64,000 nt of DNA from Oscillospiraceae bacterium (GCA_015064555.1 SVRZ01000004.1:14814-78813), one strand, 5' to 3'; positions 46,135-56,747 are shown, counted from the stretch's first letter. Program-made: numbers and translations. Notes: generated from the sequence alone by a model not told the origin.

Positions 46135-48459
46135 TTATTCGTAGAACTTTTTGATGATCGCAACGACCTCTGCTATGCGCTGGGTGGGAATAGTACCGGA
46201 AAGAGTCGAAAGAACAACCTTGTTGACTTCCTCGGACTTTTCGTTTGCGGCCTGCATATCGGCATTGTAATCGTTTACCGCACTTGTAAGAGTAGCAGTT
46301 ATAGCAGCTGCTCTTTCATCGCTTGCATCAACCGTAGCCTTTATCGCAAGAGCATTAAGAATAGCTCCTCTAAGATCGATTGCATTCTCGCACTCTGCGA
46401 TAGCCTCAACCGCAGATGCATAAGTCTGGATGCGAGCATCCGCAAGACGGATAGCAGACTCCTCGTTGGAAAGAAGAATGTTCGCATCAACCACAGACAT
46501 ATCACCAACAGATACGTCAACAGATACGTCCGCGCCGAGAATAGCAAGCGCCTTAGCCGTTTCTATTGCGGCGATCTTGTCGGCAACGGTTGTTGCCTTC
46601 TGAACGTTGATAACTGCATTTATATATGCCTCTGTTGCTGCGATCTTCTTGGTAACATCTTCACGGATAACATCGTAAAGCTCGAGGGCGGCGGTAACAC
46701 CGGGATATCCTCTCTCAACGTCCTCTATGTAAGTAGCTGCGGACGTAAGAGCAACATTCTTAACTGAATAGCTACGGGTAAGATTTGCTTCATTTACCTT
46801 TGCTATGAATTCATCAGCATAATTTACAATAACGGTGATCTCTTCATCCACGGTCTCGTAAAGCGCGTTAAGATCCTGTATAGTAGTTCCGGTGATGAAC
46901 TCATTATATGTAACGTCGGTGAAGTAATTCTGATCTGCTACAACGTAAGTGGCATACTTAGTAGCAAAATCATCTATACCCGCCTCAATCGCAAGCATAC
47001 TCTCAACGAATGCGACAGCCTTGGAATTAAGTCTTTCATACTCAACCTTTACGGTATCAGCAAGCTTTATAGCAAGCTCAACGGTAGCCGCATCGATGCT
47101 GTCATCATAGAACGTGGGGCATGCGGGATACTGTTCGAAAATATCGTATGCATTTCTGAGGTCCTTATAGCTTGCAAGATAAACCTCAGGCACTGCCAGA
47201 GCCGCAGCAACAAACTTCTCGGTGTTTGACTTCTGAAGTGCAAGTTCTGCGATCTCTGCATCATATACTACTCTCTTCTCTGCTATCTGCTCATAGGTGT
47301 AATTCGGAAGAGTGATGTTGTATATCTCGTTGGTCTCAAGGCTCTTAAGTGAAGAGCTATGATATGCATAGCTATTAACCAAGTCGAGTCTGTTATTGTA
47401 GGTATCCTCTTTGTTTATAGAATCGACCGCCTGAATGAATTCGGCTGCCATAGAATCACAGTAAACCGTCAGAACATCCTTAGCCGCTGCGATAACGTCA
47501 TCCTTAAGCTCTGCATCGGCAATAGAAGCGGGAGAATATCCATAGAGGAGAAGAACCTTAGCAATGTCAGCATAAGCTGCAGTCTTATCAACCTCAGGAA
47601 GAAGGACTGCCTTAGCATAGATCTCGTTAATATATTCAGCTACAGCATTCACGTTGCCTGCAAGTCTGCGGGGGAAGGAGCCCTCGTAAAGCTCTACGTA
47701 ATCAAAGGTGATGAAGTTGCATCTCAGATCCATCGCCTTGAAATCAAAGCCGCCAACGTTGAACGTATGAGTCTCGGGCGCGCCTCCCTCGGGAGTGATC
47801 GTAAGGGTAACATTCTTGTCACCGCTATTATCGAAATACATCGAAAGCTCAAAGTAATCACTCGCCTGAGCCGAGGTACCGGAAACTATCGGAGCAATAG
47901 CGGTGGTCTTAGCAACCATTTCCTGAGTGACAGGATCGTATATCGTGAGCGATGCTCCACGCTCATAAGAAATCGAATTTGTGGTGTCGGGATCTGTCCA
48001 TCTGATCTCAAAGATCTTTACGGGAACAAACTGCGCTACGCTGCTCGCACGGTCCTTTGTATGAAGGTAAAATGCCAGAAGGGGAGAACGGGTGTTGGTG
48101 AACTTAGCGCGCACGTTAACGCCGAAAGAGCCTACTTCATCAGGTACGATGTCAAAGCTTATAGGCGTATTAGCCTGGAATTTGGACGTCGCACCGTCGG
48201 TCGAGCTGTATCTGTAGCTCGCATCGGACGCCAGAGCGAATTCATCCGAAGCATCCGCAAATGCAGCATCCTTGGTAGTAACGTTATTGAACTGAGCATT
48301 GAGGTAATAATCGCCCTCATAGAACTCAAGCATCTCCGAGCGAAGCATAGCCACCTCGTCTGCCGATGCGGATTCATCCGCAAAAGCGGAGAAGGCGAAG
48401 CAGGACAGCAGAAGTGCCGCTGCAAGGAGGGTTATCAGAATCTTTTTCGCGTTTTTCAT
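46135..48459 (-). CDS. secreted protein, unknown function (beta-rich N-terminal part, long Ala-rich helical C-terminal part)
   Basis: The start at MKNAKKILITLLAAALLLSCFAFSAFA is a signal peptide. 774 aa. No anchor motif. Confidence 0.7.
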   Translation of the reverse strand: MKNAKKILITLLAAALLLSCFAFSAFADESASADEVAMLRSEMLEFYEGDYYLNAQFNNVTTKDAAFADASDEFALASDASYRYSSTDGATSKFQANTPISFDIVPDEVGSFGVNVRAKFTNTRSPLLAFYLHTKDRASSVAQFVPVKIFEIRWTDPDTTNSISYERGASLTIYDPVTQEMVAKTTAIAPIVSGTSAQASDYFELSMYFDNSGDKNVTLTITPEGGAPETHTFNVGGFDFKAMDLRCNFITFDYVELYEGSFPRRLAGNVNAVAEYINEIYAKAVLLPEVDKTAAYADIAKVLLLYGYSPASIADAELKDDVIAAAKDVLTVYCDSMAAEFIQAVDSINKEDTYNNRLDLVNSYAYHSSSLKSLETNEIYNITLPNYTYEQIAEKRVVYDAEIAELALQKSNTEKFVAAALAVPEVYLASYKDLRNAYDIFEQYPACPTFYDDSIDAATVELAIKLADTVKVEYERLNSKAVAFVESMLAIEAGIDDFATKYATYVVADQNYFTDVTYNEFITGTTIQDLNALYETVDEEITVIVNYADEFIAKVNEANLTRSYSVKNVALTSAATYIEDVERGYPGVTAALELYDVIREDVTKKIAATEAYINAVINVQKATTVADKIAAIETAKALAILGADVSVDVSVGDMSVVDANILLSNEESAIRLADARIQTYASAVEAIAECENAIDLRGAILNALAIKATVDASDERAAAITATLTSAVNDYNADMQAANEKSEEVNKVVLSTLSGTIPTQRIAEVVAIIKKFYE

Positions 48460-48672
48460 GTTTTTCTCCTTAAAAGTTATGTTAAAAAATTTTACACACA
48501 TATATTATAGCATTAATAAATGAAAAAATCAACTCGTCAATATGGCAAATTTTAACCTTCTAATTTGTTGCATTTGTACAATCTTTTTTTAAGAATGCCA
48601 TACAGAATGTCAGCGGCAAGACGTTAGTGGCATACCGTGTAGAATTTTCTTTGTTTTTTTATTATTTTGCCG

Positions 48673-48702
48673 TTGACTTTTTACCAAATATTATGTTATA
48701 AT
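48673..48702 (+). promoter_or_regulatory. SigA-type promoter of the helicase gene
   Basis: TTGACT-18 nt-TATAAT with an extended -10 (TGtTATAAT). Confidence 0.55.
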
Positions 48703-48745
48703 ATATTTTGGAACGAATTTTGAAAATATTTTTAGGAGGAGAACG

Positions 48746-51700
48746 ATGAGGAAAGGTATTTATACCAGATATAAAGAGCGCCTTATCGAGATAGGCGGCA
48801 ACAATAAATGCCTCTATCTGAAAAGCGTTGGAAGAAAAGGCGCATATGACATCGGTCGTATCCTCGAGGGTCGCGGCGATAAGGTTGCGGAATTTATTGA
48901 ATTTCTCTGGACAACCAGAAGATTTCCTATAACACTTATTGGTAATAAAGAAAAAAAGCAGATTCTCGAGAATCTTGATATACAAAGCAAGCTTGATAAA
49001 AGAAAAACAGACACGTCCTTGCTCTCGGGTGAGGAATTATCCAAGGCAACTCAGAAAAACGACAGGATAAGACGCGAGGAGAGCAATAAAGCTATCGAAG
49101 CGGAAATATCCAAGATAAAGGATATTAAGCGTGACGTTGAAGAAATAGAAAAGGAGACCGGCCGATCCGAGCTATATATAGGTTATCCGTTTGTTTTCGG
49201 TTCGATAATGCAGGGTCCCACAAAGACTATGATAAAGGCACCGCTCCTGCTCTTCCCTGTCAAGATAGATATCCCCGATGAGAATACGGTTGAGATCTCG
49301 ATAAACGAGCGCGAGAAGATACAGCTGAACCGTGCGCTTATTTTTGCATATGCACAGTCCAAAAAGCTTGATATCGATGCTATGGATACCGAATTTGACG
49401 ATCTGTCCCAGTATCCCACCATCGGCTCGATAGTTAAATATCTTGAATCCTTCCATATAAAGTTTGATGCAAGCGAATACGAATCTAAGAACATTTATAA
49501 TTACGGAAGATTCAAGGAGCCCGACGGCAAGCCCTCGCTCTCCATCCGTTATGCCGCAGTTATGACCAGATATTCGCTCTCAAACTCTATATTCAATGAC
49601 TATAACGAGCTTGAGAGAAAGCAGCTTACCAACGATGCTATAGTTGAGCTTCTGAGAATGGGAAAAATGTCCAAGAAAAAGGGCATTTTCGCAAAAAAAC
49701 AGGCAAAGCGCGTATCGCATAACAGCTACACGGTCAAGATGCTCGACTATGCTCAGTCGGAGGTAGTAAGACGCGTTGACGAATGCGGTAATATGGTAAT
49801 TTCCGGCCCTCCCGGTACCGGAAAGTCGCAAACTATTGTTAACATCATCACCGATGCCATAGGCAAGAAAAAACGCGTTCTCGTCATATCCCAGAAGAAG
49901 GCCGCGCTGGACGTTGTATTCAACCGTCTCGGTAACCTTGCCGATAAGGCTATGTATATAACCGATGAAACAAAGGAAAAGAAGGCATTCTACGACAAGT
50001 GCCTTGCCGCGCACCAGAATGATATGATAGCGGCACTCGTTGACGTTGGAAAGCTTGAGGCATCCTATAACGAGCTTCAGGAAAAGATCGATACCGAAAC
50101 CAAAAAGCTTGACGCCATATACCACGTCCTGAATGATAAGCGTCCCTTCGGTCTTTCCCTTTCCGAAATGTACAGCTCGTCCACGATGCTTCAAAAGAAT
50201 TCCACGGAATACGGAATTTATACGAAGCTTATAACCCAGGGCGACATCATGGCTATGACCTATCACGAGCTTTCCGAGGCTCTGATGGATATAAAGTCGA
50301 AGGATCTTGAGAAGCTGTACTATGATTTCATCCAGGAAAAGGATAAAAATCCCGTAATAGACTACATGCTCCCCGAGATAGATACCACCACGCTCTGCGA
50401 GGTGCGCGGCGAGCTTGCCGAAATACAGAAGCAGAAGAAGGGCCTTTTCAATACGGCAAAATACCCATATTACAGACAGGTCCTTGCATATTACTATGAG
50501 CTTGAGAACGAGAAGAATCTCGATGCCATAGTTGCCCTTGAGAGAAAGTTCACCTCTGCAAAGGCGGACGATATCAAGGATAAGCTCTCAAAAACACGTG
50601 CGGCTATTGATGCCTATGCGAAGGAATTTGACTGCCTGCACAGAGTTCTCACCCCCGAGGGATACCTTGCGGTAATAGACAACATACTGAGAGGAAACAC
50701 CTCGTATATCAGATACGTCAGCGATGCTCTTAATAATTATATTGAGATACAGGACGTAACCAAGCTCTTTGACAACCTTGATAAGAACAAGCTTGCTATT
50801 CTTAACTTCGCCTATGCTATATGCAAGAATTATCAAAACTTCGTTGAGATAATCTCAAAGCTTCTCGAGATACGTATATATCACGAGGCGGCAAGGTATG
50901 AGGACGAATGCAAGGATGAGCTCTCCAAGATAGTTGATTTCCACAATATCACCGCGAGAATAGCGAGATACAAGCAGGCACAGAGCGAGGTGTCCGCAAA
51001 GCTCTGCGAGGGTAAATCCAGCAGAGATTACGATACGCTTTACGAAAACGCGCCCAACAACAAGGATTACCTGTATCAGATCTCCAAGAAGCAGAAGTAC
51101 TGGCCTATAAGAAAGACCATGGAGATATACGGCGAATTCGTTCTTACGCTCTTCCCCTGCTGGCTTCTCTCCCCCGAAAACGTTTCTAACCTTCTTCCTC
51201 TTACGAAGAACCTCTTTGACCTTGTTATTTTCGACGAGGCATCGCAGGTATTCATAGAGAGTACCATTCCCTCTATATACAGAGGTAAAAATATAGTCGT
51301 TGCGGGAGATGCAAAACAGCTCCGTCCCTCGACTACCTTCATGAAGCGTTATCTCGGAGGCGATCCCGAGGCTCAGGAGGACTATTCGGTTCAGGCGGCT
51401 CTTGAGGTAGAGAGTCTTCTCGACCTCGCAGTGTCGAGATACGAGAGCGCAAATCTTACCTATCACTACCGAAGCAGAAATCAGGAGCTCATTGATTTCT
51501 CGAACCACGCGTTCTACAATACCACTCTTCAGATAGCGCCCAACGTTTCCAAAAACTCAAAATCCAGACCTATAGAAAGATACAAGGTAAACGGAAAATG
51601 GATAGACAGAAAGAACGTTGCCGAGGCTAAAAAGATCGTTGAAATACTCAAAAACATCTTCGCAACCCGTAAAAACAACGAGAGCATCGGTATAATCACC

Positions 51701-52516
51701 TTCAATGCCGACCAGCAGACCTGCATCGCAGATATGATCGACAGAGAGGCATCGAAGGATCACGCATTCCGCACCGAGATATACAAGGAAAGAGTACGTA
51801 CCGAAAACGGTGAGGATACCAGTATATTCATCAAGAACCTTGAGAACGTTCAGGGTGATGAAAGAGATATAATCATATTCTCGATCGGATATGCCGAGAA
51901 CGAGTCGGGTAAAATATATACTAACTTCGGCTCACTGTCCTCCGAGGGCGGCGAAAACCGTCTTAACGTTGCAATAACCAGAGCTAAGAGCAAAATAATA
52001 GTTGTTACCAGTATCGAGCCCGAGAGCCTTAAGGTAGACACCGCCAAGAACCTCGGTCCCAAGCTTTTACGCAAATATCTGACTTATGTCAGAGCGGTTG
52101 CAAAGGGTGACGATGAGGAGGTTCGTGCTATTCTTAAGGACATCGATTCGGCAGAGCAGCAGACCAGCTCCTATGCAAACCTCGCCTCTGTCGAAACTCA
52201 GATCAAGGAGCGCCTTGAGAAGCTCGATTATCGCGTAGACGTAAATCTCGGAAACAGCAACAGCCGTATATCTCTTGCGGTATACGATCCATCCACCGAT
52301 AAGTATCTTGTCGGTGTTGAGCTCGACAGAGATGCGTTTGCATCCTCCGACTCCTGCATAGAGCGCGACGTTTGTAAGCCTCAGTTCTTAGAATCCAGAG
52401 GATGGACGCTTCTCAGAGTATGGAGCAGAGATTGGTGGACTTCGCCTACAAAGGTAATCAAGACTATCACTGCAGAAGCTGAAAAGAACAAAAAAGGAGC
52501 GAAAAAGAGCTCTTAA
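48746..52516 (+). CDS. DUF4011-type superfamily-1 (Upf1/DNA2-like) helicase with a restriction-endonuclease-like C-terminal domain
   Basis: 1,256 aa. N-terminal ...LYIGYPFVFG...APLLLFPV...NRAL (DUF4011-like). GPPGTGKSQTIVNII Walker A, FDEASQV Walker B, GDAKQLRP, YHYRS, VQGDERD and RLNVAITRAK. The C-terminus VGVELDRD...RDVCKPQFLESRGWTLLRVWSRDWW is DUF559/MTES_1575-like. Confidence 0.8.
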   Translation: MRKGIYTRYKERLIEIGGNNKCLYLKSVGRKGAYDIGRILEGRGDKVAEFIEFLWTTRRFPITLIGNKEKKQILENLDIQSKLDKRKTDTSLLSGEELSKATQKNDRIRREESNKAIEAEISKIKDIKRDVEEIEKETGRSELYIGYPFVFGSIMQGPTKTMIKAPLLLFPVKIDIPDENTVEISINEREKIQLNRALIFAYAQSKKLDIDAMDTEFDDLSQYPTIGSIVKYLESFHIKFDASEYESKNIYNYGRFKEPDGKPSLSIRYAAVMTRYSLSNSIFNDYNELERKQLTNDAIVELLRMGKMSKKKGIFAKKQAKRVSHNSYTVKMLDYAQSEVVRRVDECGNMVISGPPGTGKSQTIVNIITDAIGKKKRVLVISQKKAALDVVFNRLGNLADKAMYITDETKEKKAFYDKCLAAHQNDMIAALVDVGKLEASYNELQEKIDTETKKLDAIYHVLNDKRPFGLSLSEMYSSSTMLQKNSTEYGIYTKLITQGDIMAMTYHELSEALMDIKSKDLEKLYYDFIQEKDKNPVIDYMLPEIDTTTLCEVRGELAEIQKQKKGLFNTAKYPYYRQVLAYYYELENEKNLDAIVALERKFTSAKADDIKDKLSKTRAAIDAYAKEFDCLHRVLTPEGYLAVIDNILRGNTSYIRYVSDALNNYIEIQDVTKLFDNLDKNKLAILNFAYAICKNYQNFVEIISKLLEIRIYHEAARYEDECKDELSKIVDFHNITARIARYKQAQSEVSAKLCEGKSSRDYDTLYENAPNNKDYLYQISKKQKYWPIRKTMEIYGEFVLTLFPCWLLSPENVSNLLPLTKNLFDLVIFDEASQVFIESTIPSIYRGKNIVVAGDAKQLRPSTTFMKRYLGGDPEAQEDYSVQAALEVESLLDLAVSRYESANLTYHYRSRNQELIDFSNHAFYNTTLQIAPNVSKNSKSRPIERYKVNGKWIDRKNVAEAKKIVEILKNIFATRKNNESIGIITFNADQQTCIADMIDREASKDHAFRTEIYKERVRTENGEDTSIFIKNLENVQGDERDIIIFSIGYAENESGKIYTNFGSLSSEGGENRLNVAITRAKSKIIVVTSIEPESLKVDTAKNLGPKLLRKYLTYVRAVAKGDDEEVRAILKDIDSAEQQTSSYANLASVETQIKERLEKLDYRVDVNLGNSNSRISLAVYDPSTDKYLVGVELDRDAFASSDSCIERDVCKPQFLESRGWTLLRVWSRDWWTSPTKVIKTITAEAEKNKKGAKKSS

Positions 52517-52559
52517 TGCAAATTTATCCCCGAATTATCCGGATTTTGACAATTTGTTC

Positions 52560-52588
52560 TTGAAATGTTCAAAAACACAGTGTATAAT
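52560..52588 (+). promoter_or_regulatory. SigA-type promoter of yajC
   Basis: TTGAAA-17 nt-TATAAT. Confidence 0.55.
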
Positions 52589-52631
52589 AATATCCTGTGA
52601 GCTTAAAATCAATAAGAAAGGTTAAGAATCA

Positions 52632-53003
52632 ATGAGAAATTTTGGATTTTTACTCGAGAATAACGCTGCCAACGGATTTGTGACTTTTGCAATGATCGGC
52701 GTTATGATTCTCGTGTTTTACTTCTTCATTATCCGTCCTCAGAAAAAGCAGGAGCAGAAGGATAGTGAGATGCGTTCCTCTCTCGCTGTGGGAGATGAGG
52801 TTACTACCATCGGAGGAATAATAGGAAAGGTTATCTCCATCAAGGAGGAAACCTTTGTTCTCGAGACCACCAGAGATAAGACCAAGATCCGTTTCCTCAA
52901 GGGTGCTATCAGAAGCATCGACGTTAAGGCTGCAGATATCGCTGCCACAGTCGCAGCAGACAATTCTGCCGAGGAAGCTAATGCGGATAAGAATTCCAAG
53001 TAA
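52632..53003 (+). CDS. yajC: preprotein translocase subunit YajC
   Basis: 123 aa. Single TM followed by IRPQKKQEQK...LAVGDEVTTIGGIIGKV. Confidence 0.85.
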   Translation: MRNFGFLLENNAANGFVTFAMIGVMILVFYFFIIRPQKKQEQKDSEMRSSLAVGDEVTTIGGIIGKVISIKEETFVLETTRDKTKIRFLKGAIRSIDVKAADIAATVAADNSAEEANADKNSK

Positions 53004-53078
53004 GCCGCAATAAAATCGGAATAAACCAAAAAGCCCCCGAATATGCTTTTAAAAAAGACATATCGGAGGCTTTTTATT

Positions 53079-53504
53079 ATGAAAAAACGTCAACGCTTGG
53101 AAGCTCGGCACAGTGCTCCTACTGCTATAATACTTCGGTGCATAATTTATTTAGTTCTCTTCCCTGCCGTCTGCCTGGCGGCAACCGCAATGCGCTACGG
53201 AAGCACAAGTCCCACGGCACTTTTACCTGTAATATCGCTCGCATCGCTTCTTGTCACCGGATTTGTTGGAAGCATCATCCGCTTTGGTGCGCTCAAGGAT
53301 AGCACGACCGGCGAAAGCCTGACGTCGATATTGATGATCGCGGCACTTTATACGGTAATATCTGCCGTAATATCGGGCGCGGTATCGGCAAAGATCGCCA
53401 TGAATGCTCTCTGCTTTGTTCTTGTAAGCCTTGCAACCTGTGTATTGTCAAGATCTGTCTTCAAAAGATCAAAGCATAGGAGGCATAAGCCGAAAGTGCA
53501 CTGA
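53079..53504 (+). CDS. small membrane protein, unknown function
   Basis: Start at MKKRQRLE, 9 nt after GGAGG; the ORF is open from 53043. Four hydrophobic spans. Confidence 0.5.
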   Translation: MKKRQRLEARHSAPTAIILRCIIYLVLFPAVCLAATAMRYGSTSPTALLPVISLASLLVTGFVGSIIRFGALKDSTTGESLTSILMIAALYTVISAVISGAVSAKIAMNALCFVLVSLATCVLSRSVFKRSKHRRHKPKVH

Positions 53505-53513
53505 TTTGCCCTG

Positions 53514-54356
53514 TTATAGCGCGGTGGTCGGAATTCTCGAGATATAGAACGGGAGAGCTTCCTCAAAATTAACACCGTAGAAACGCCTGTTCTCATCGTG
53601 AAGGGTGTATTTTATACATTCAAGTGTAAAATCGGTCGCCAGCGCAAGCGAATCCTCGTACGAAAGACCGCGCATAAGCGCACCAACCGTCGCAGAGGCA
53701 TATATATCGCCTGTGCCGTGGTATCTTACAGGCAAAAGCTCATTGAAGTAGGAATAATAGCTATCGGTTTCCCTGTCGTAATAATATACGCCTATTTCAC
53801 CTTTCTTTAAGGTAATTCCGGTGATCGCAGCTCTCGGGCATCCGAGGCCGGTAAGCCTTTTCAAAACATCCCTTATGTACTCCTCGTCATAGTCGGGATT
53901 ATATTCTATACCGAGCATAAACGATGCCTCGGTAAGATTGGGAACTATGAGATCTGCCTTGGCACAAAGCTTTGCCATTGCCGCTGCGAATTCGGGCGTG
54001 AAGCCCTTATAAAGAACGCCGTTATCTGCCATAACGGGATCTATTACCACAAGCGTTCCACTCTCTTTGAAATCATCAATGAGCTTCCCGACAAGACTCA
54101 GCTGCCTGTGCGATCCGAGATAGCCTGTATATATAGCGTCAAAGGTTATATCAAGCTCCTTCCAGGTATTTGCGATGGGCTCTATTTCATCCGTTAGGTC
54201 ACAGAAGGTGAACTTTGGGAATGCGGTGTGTGTCGACAGGACCGCTGTGGGAACTACGGCACATTCAACTCCTGCGGCACTTATTATCGGAAGTGCCACT
54301 GTGAGCGAGCACTTTCCAACACACGAAACGTCCTGAACGGTAACAACTCTTTTCAT
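53514..54356 (-). CDS. pdxK: pyridoxal/pyridoxamine kinase
   Basis: 280 aa. VQDVSCVGKCSL...DPVMADNG...GTGDIYAS motifs of the PdxK/PdxY ribokinase family. Confidence 0.8.
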   Translation of the reverse strand: MKRVVTVQDVSCVGKCSLTVALPIISAAGVECAVVPTAVLSTHTAFPKFTFCDLTDEIEPIANTWKELDITFDAIYTGYLGSHRQLSLVGKLIDDFKESGTLVVIDPVMADNGVLYKGFTPEFAAAMAKLCAKADLIVPNLTEASFMLGIEYNPDYDEEYIRDVLKRLTGLGCPRAAITGITLKKGEIGVYYYDRETDSYYSYFNELLPVRYHGTGDIYASATVGALMRGLSYEDSLALATDFTLECIKYTLHDENRRFYGVNFEEALPFYISRIPTTAL

Positions 54357-54379
54357 ATCTTAACTCCTTAAAATTAATT

Positions 54380-55600
54380 TCATATTTTATTTATATCCGC
54401 ACCGAGCGCCGCGAGCCTTTTCCATATATTGGAATAACCTCGATCTATCGTCTCGGTGTTATTTATTTTACTTTCTCCGTCTGTACAAAGCGCAGTAAGC
54501 AATGCAGCCGCACCTCCTCTGAGATCGGGAGAGCTTGTATCGGCGGCAGACAGGCGCGAGGAATATATGCGCGCATCAGAGCCGTTAAGCGTATACCGAA
54601 CACCGAAGGGGGAAAGCGCGTCCAGATAAGAGAATCTGCTCTGCCATACCCTTTCTCTTATCACACCTCCGCAAAATTTTGCCATCAGCGGTGCCATCTG
54701 TGGCTGAAGATCGGTAGGATAGCCCGGATAAGGTGCTGTAGTTATCTCTATTTCTCTTTCCGCAGCACCGTACGCGGTTATTTTACCGTTACATATGCTT
54801 ACTCCCACACCGGATGATGAAAGGGGATCCAGAAAGCTTTCAAGCTCGTATGGATAAGGATATAAAATACTTATCCTTCCGCCTGTCATAGGCGCGGCAA
54901 GAAGATATGTGCCTGCCTCTATCATGTCCGGGATAACGGTGATCTCAGCACCGTGAAGCTCTCCCGGGGAAACGTATATTTCCTTATCGGAAAATTCTAT
55001 TTTTGCCCCTGCCGAAATAAGAAAGCCGGCAACCGCGCGCACGTGCGGCTCGGTGGCGCCTCCTTCTATAACTGTATCGCCCTCAGCGGCAGATGCCATC
55101 ACAAGCGCATTGACAGTAGCACCGACGGACGGCACTCGGAAATGTATTCTGCCTCCCGAAAGACGGGTTGATGTTATTTTTTCATCATCCGTCTCCGCTC
55201 CGATCGCCCTCGCGGCGGCAAGATGCATATCTATCGGTCTGTTGCAGAAGTTACACCCACCGAAATCGGATAAATGGAAGCATCCGAATCTGGCAAGGCA
55301 CGCGCCTATCAGATATGATGAAGCTCTTATCTTTGAAGTGAGCTCCCTCGGTATCTTCACATAATTCAGACACTCGGTATCTATCAGCATGGCATCGCCG
55401 ACGTAGGCTATTTTTGCACCGAGCATTTTCAGTATCTCCATAGCCACTCTGACATCGCCGATATCGGGCAGATTATAAATTCTGGATATTCCTCTTGTGG
55501 CAATAGTGGCAAAAAGTATCGGTAATGCAGCGTTTTTAGAGCCCGACGGTATGATTTCACCGTATAGAGGCCGCGCGCCTCTTATTATTACGTCACTCAT
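54380..55600 (-). CDS. murA: UDP-N-acetylglucosamine 1-carboxyvinyltransferase
   Basis: Start at MSDVIIRGARPLYGEIIPSGSKNAALPIL, a MurA-type N-terminus, 9 nt after GGAG; the ORF is open from 55624. PGYPTDLQ motif. Confidence 0.9.
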   Translation of the reverse strand: MSDVIIRGARPLYGEIIPSGSKNAALPILFATIATRGISRIYNLPDIGDVRVAMEILKMLGAKIAYVGDAMLIDTECLNYVKIPRELTSKIRASSYLIGACLARFGCFHLSDFGGCNFCNRPIDMHLAAARAIGAETDDEKITSTRLSGGRIHFRVPSVGATVNALVMASAAEGDTVIEGGATEPHVRAVAGFLISAGAKIEFSDKEIYVSPGELHGAEITVIPDMIEAGTYLLAAPMTGGRISILYPYPYELESFLDPLSSSGVGVSICNGKITAYGAAEREIEITTAPYPGYPTDLQPQMAPLMAKFCGGVIRERVWQSRFSYLDALSPFGVRYTLNGSDARIYSSRLSAADTSSPDLRGGAAALLTALCTDGESKINNTETIDRGYSNIWKRLAALGADINKI

Positions 55601-55652
55601 AAGATGCAGCTCCGTTCTTATCATTTACTGCATCTTATTCATTCTTTCGTTT

Positions 55653-56747
55653 TTAGTTACCGCAGTAATACCTGACGGTAAGCTTCACTACGTTACTGTA
55701 GCTCACTGTCCCCTCCGTCCCATTTGCTTTGAGATAGGTGTCGTTAAAGAAATCGGAGAGCTTCTCCAGAAGCTCTATTCTGTGCTCCTTGTAAAACGCG
55801 GAATAAGCTCTCATTTCACCAAGAATACGCATGTCCATTTCGGAATATATAGCCGAGAGCGCTTCTCTATCGGTTCGCCCTATAGCTGATAAAACGTATT
55901 CTGCCATATTCATATAACCACTGTATCTTACGTAAATGTTATCCGAGCGAATGCAAACCAGAAAGGCTATAAAATTCGCCTCGTCCTCTCTGGCAATCCC
56001 TTCTCTGTGCGCCATTTCGTGCGCCACGGTAAACGGCAAACAATAATCGGGAAGATGAGTATTCACATTTGCCTCGCCTGTAAAGAATGTATATATGCCT
56101 GTGATTCCCAGAGGTGTCATTGCAGAGCTGAGCATAACAGGCTTTACAGCTTCGTCTATACATCTTATACCCAGTCCGGGGTACTCACACGCAAGGGCGG
56201 AATATGCCGCATTTATCGAATCGGATATCTCTACAAGACTCATCCCGGACACGGACGAGCCGCTATCCGAATATTCGACAGAAGTCGAAAGCTCAAGACA
56301 CTTTCCGTAAAGCTCCCTGTATACCGTCGTAAGTGAGAAAGCATCTGTATCTGCCTCGCCCAGTCCCATATTATCTGCCACGGGGATGCGATGATATGCT
56401 ATTCCGAGTGTCAGAGAATATATCGGGTAAAATAGCGATGCCGTTGCCATTATCATCGCAAGAAATCTTATCCGCGAGGATGCGGTTGTCCTTCTTGCAG
56501 CGATACAGATAATCATAACAAGAAGCGCGGGAGAAGAGATTATAATAATCTCTGCAAACGATATCGGGATGATTCCCGATAATGCCGAAAGTGCGGCACG
56601 CGCTCTGTATCCAATACCGAGCGTTATTTTTTCAGCAAATAAAACGTTGCTGTGCGCTATAGCAGATATTACCGAAAATGCCAGAGCCGCACCGAAGGAT
56701 AGCAGCATATAGACGGTGCCGATTTTTTTACGTTTGTTCATTATCAT
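55653..56747 (-). CDS. DUF3810-type membrane metalloprotease-like protein
   Basis: 364 aa. N-terminal TM helices and the HExxH-type AHEMAHREGIAREDEANF. Confidence 0.7.
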   Translation of the reverse strand: MIMNKRKKIGTVYMLLSFGAALAFSVISAIAHSNVLFAEKITLGIGYRARAALSALSGIIPISFAEIIIISSPALLVMIICIAARRTTASSRIRFLAMIMATASLFYPIYSLTLGIAYHRIPVADNMGLGEADTDAFSLTTVYRELYGKCLELSTSVEYSDSGSSVSGMSLVEISDSINAAYSALACEYPGLGIRCIDEAVKPVMLSSAMTPLGITGIYTFFTGEANVNTHLPDYCLPFTVAHEMAHREGIAREDEANFIAFLVCIRSDNIYVRYSGYMNMAEYVLSAIGRTDREALSAIYSEMDMRILGEMRAYSAFYKEHRIELLEKLSDFFNDTYLKANGTEGTVSYSNVVKLTVRYYCGN

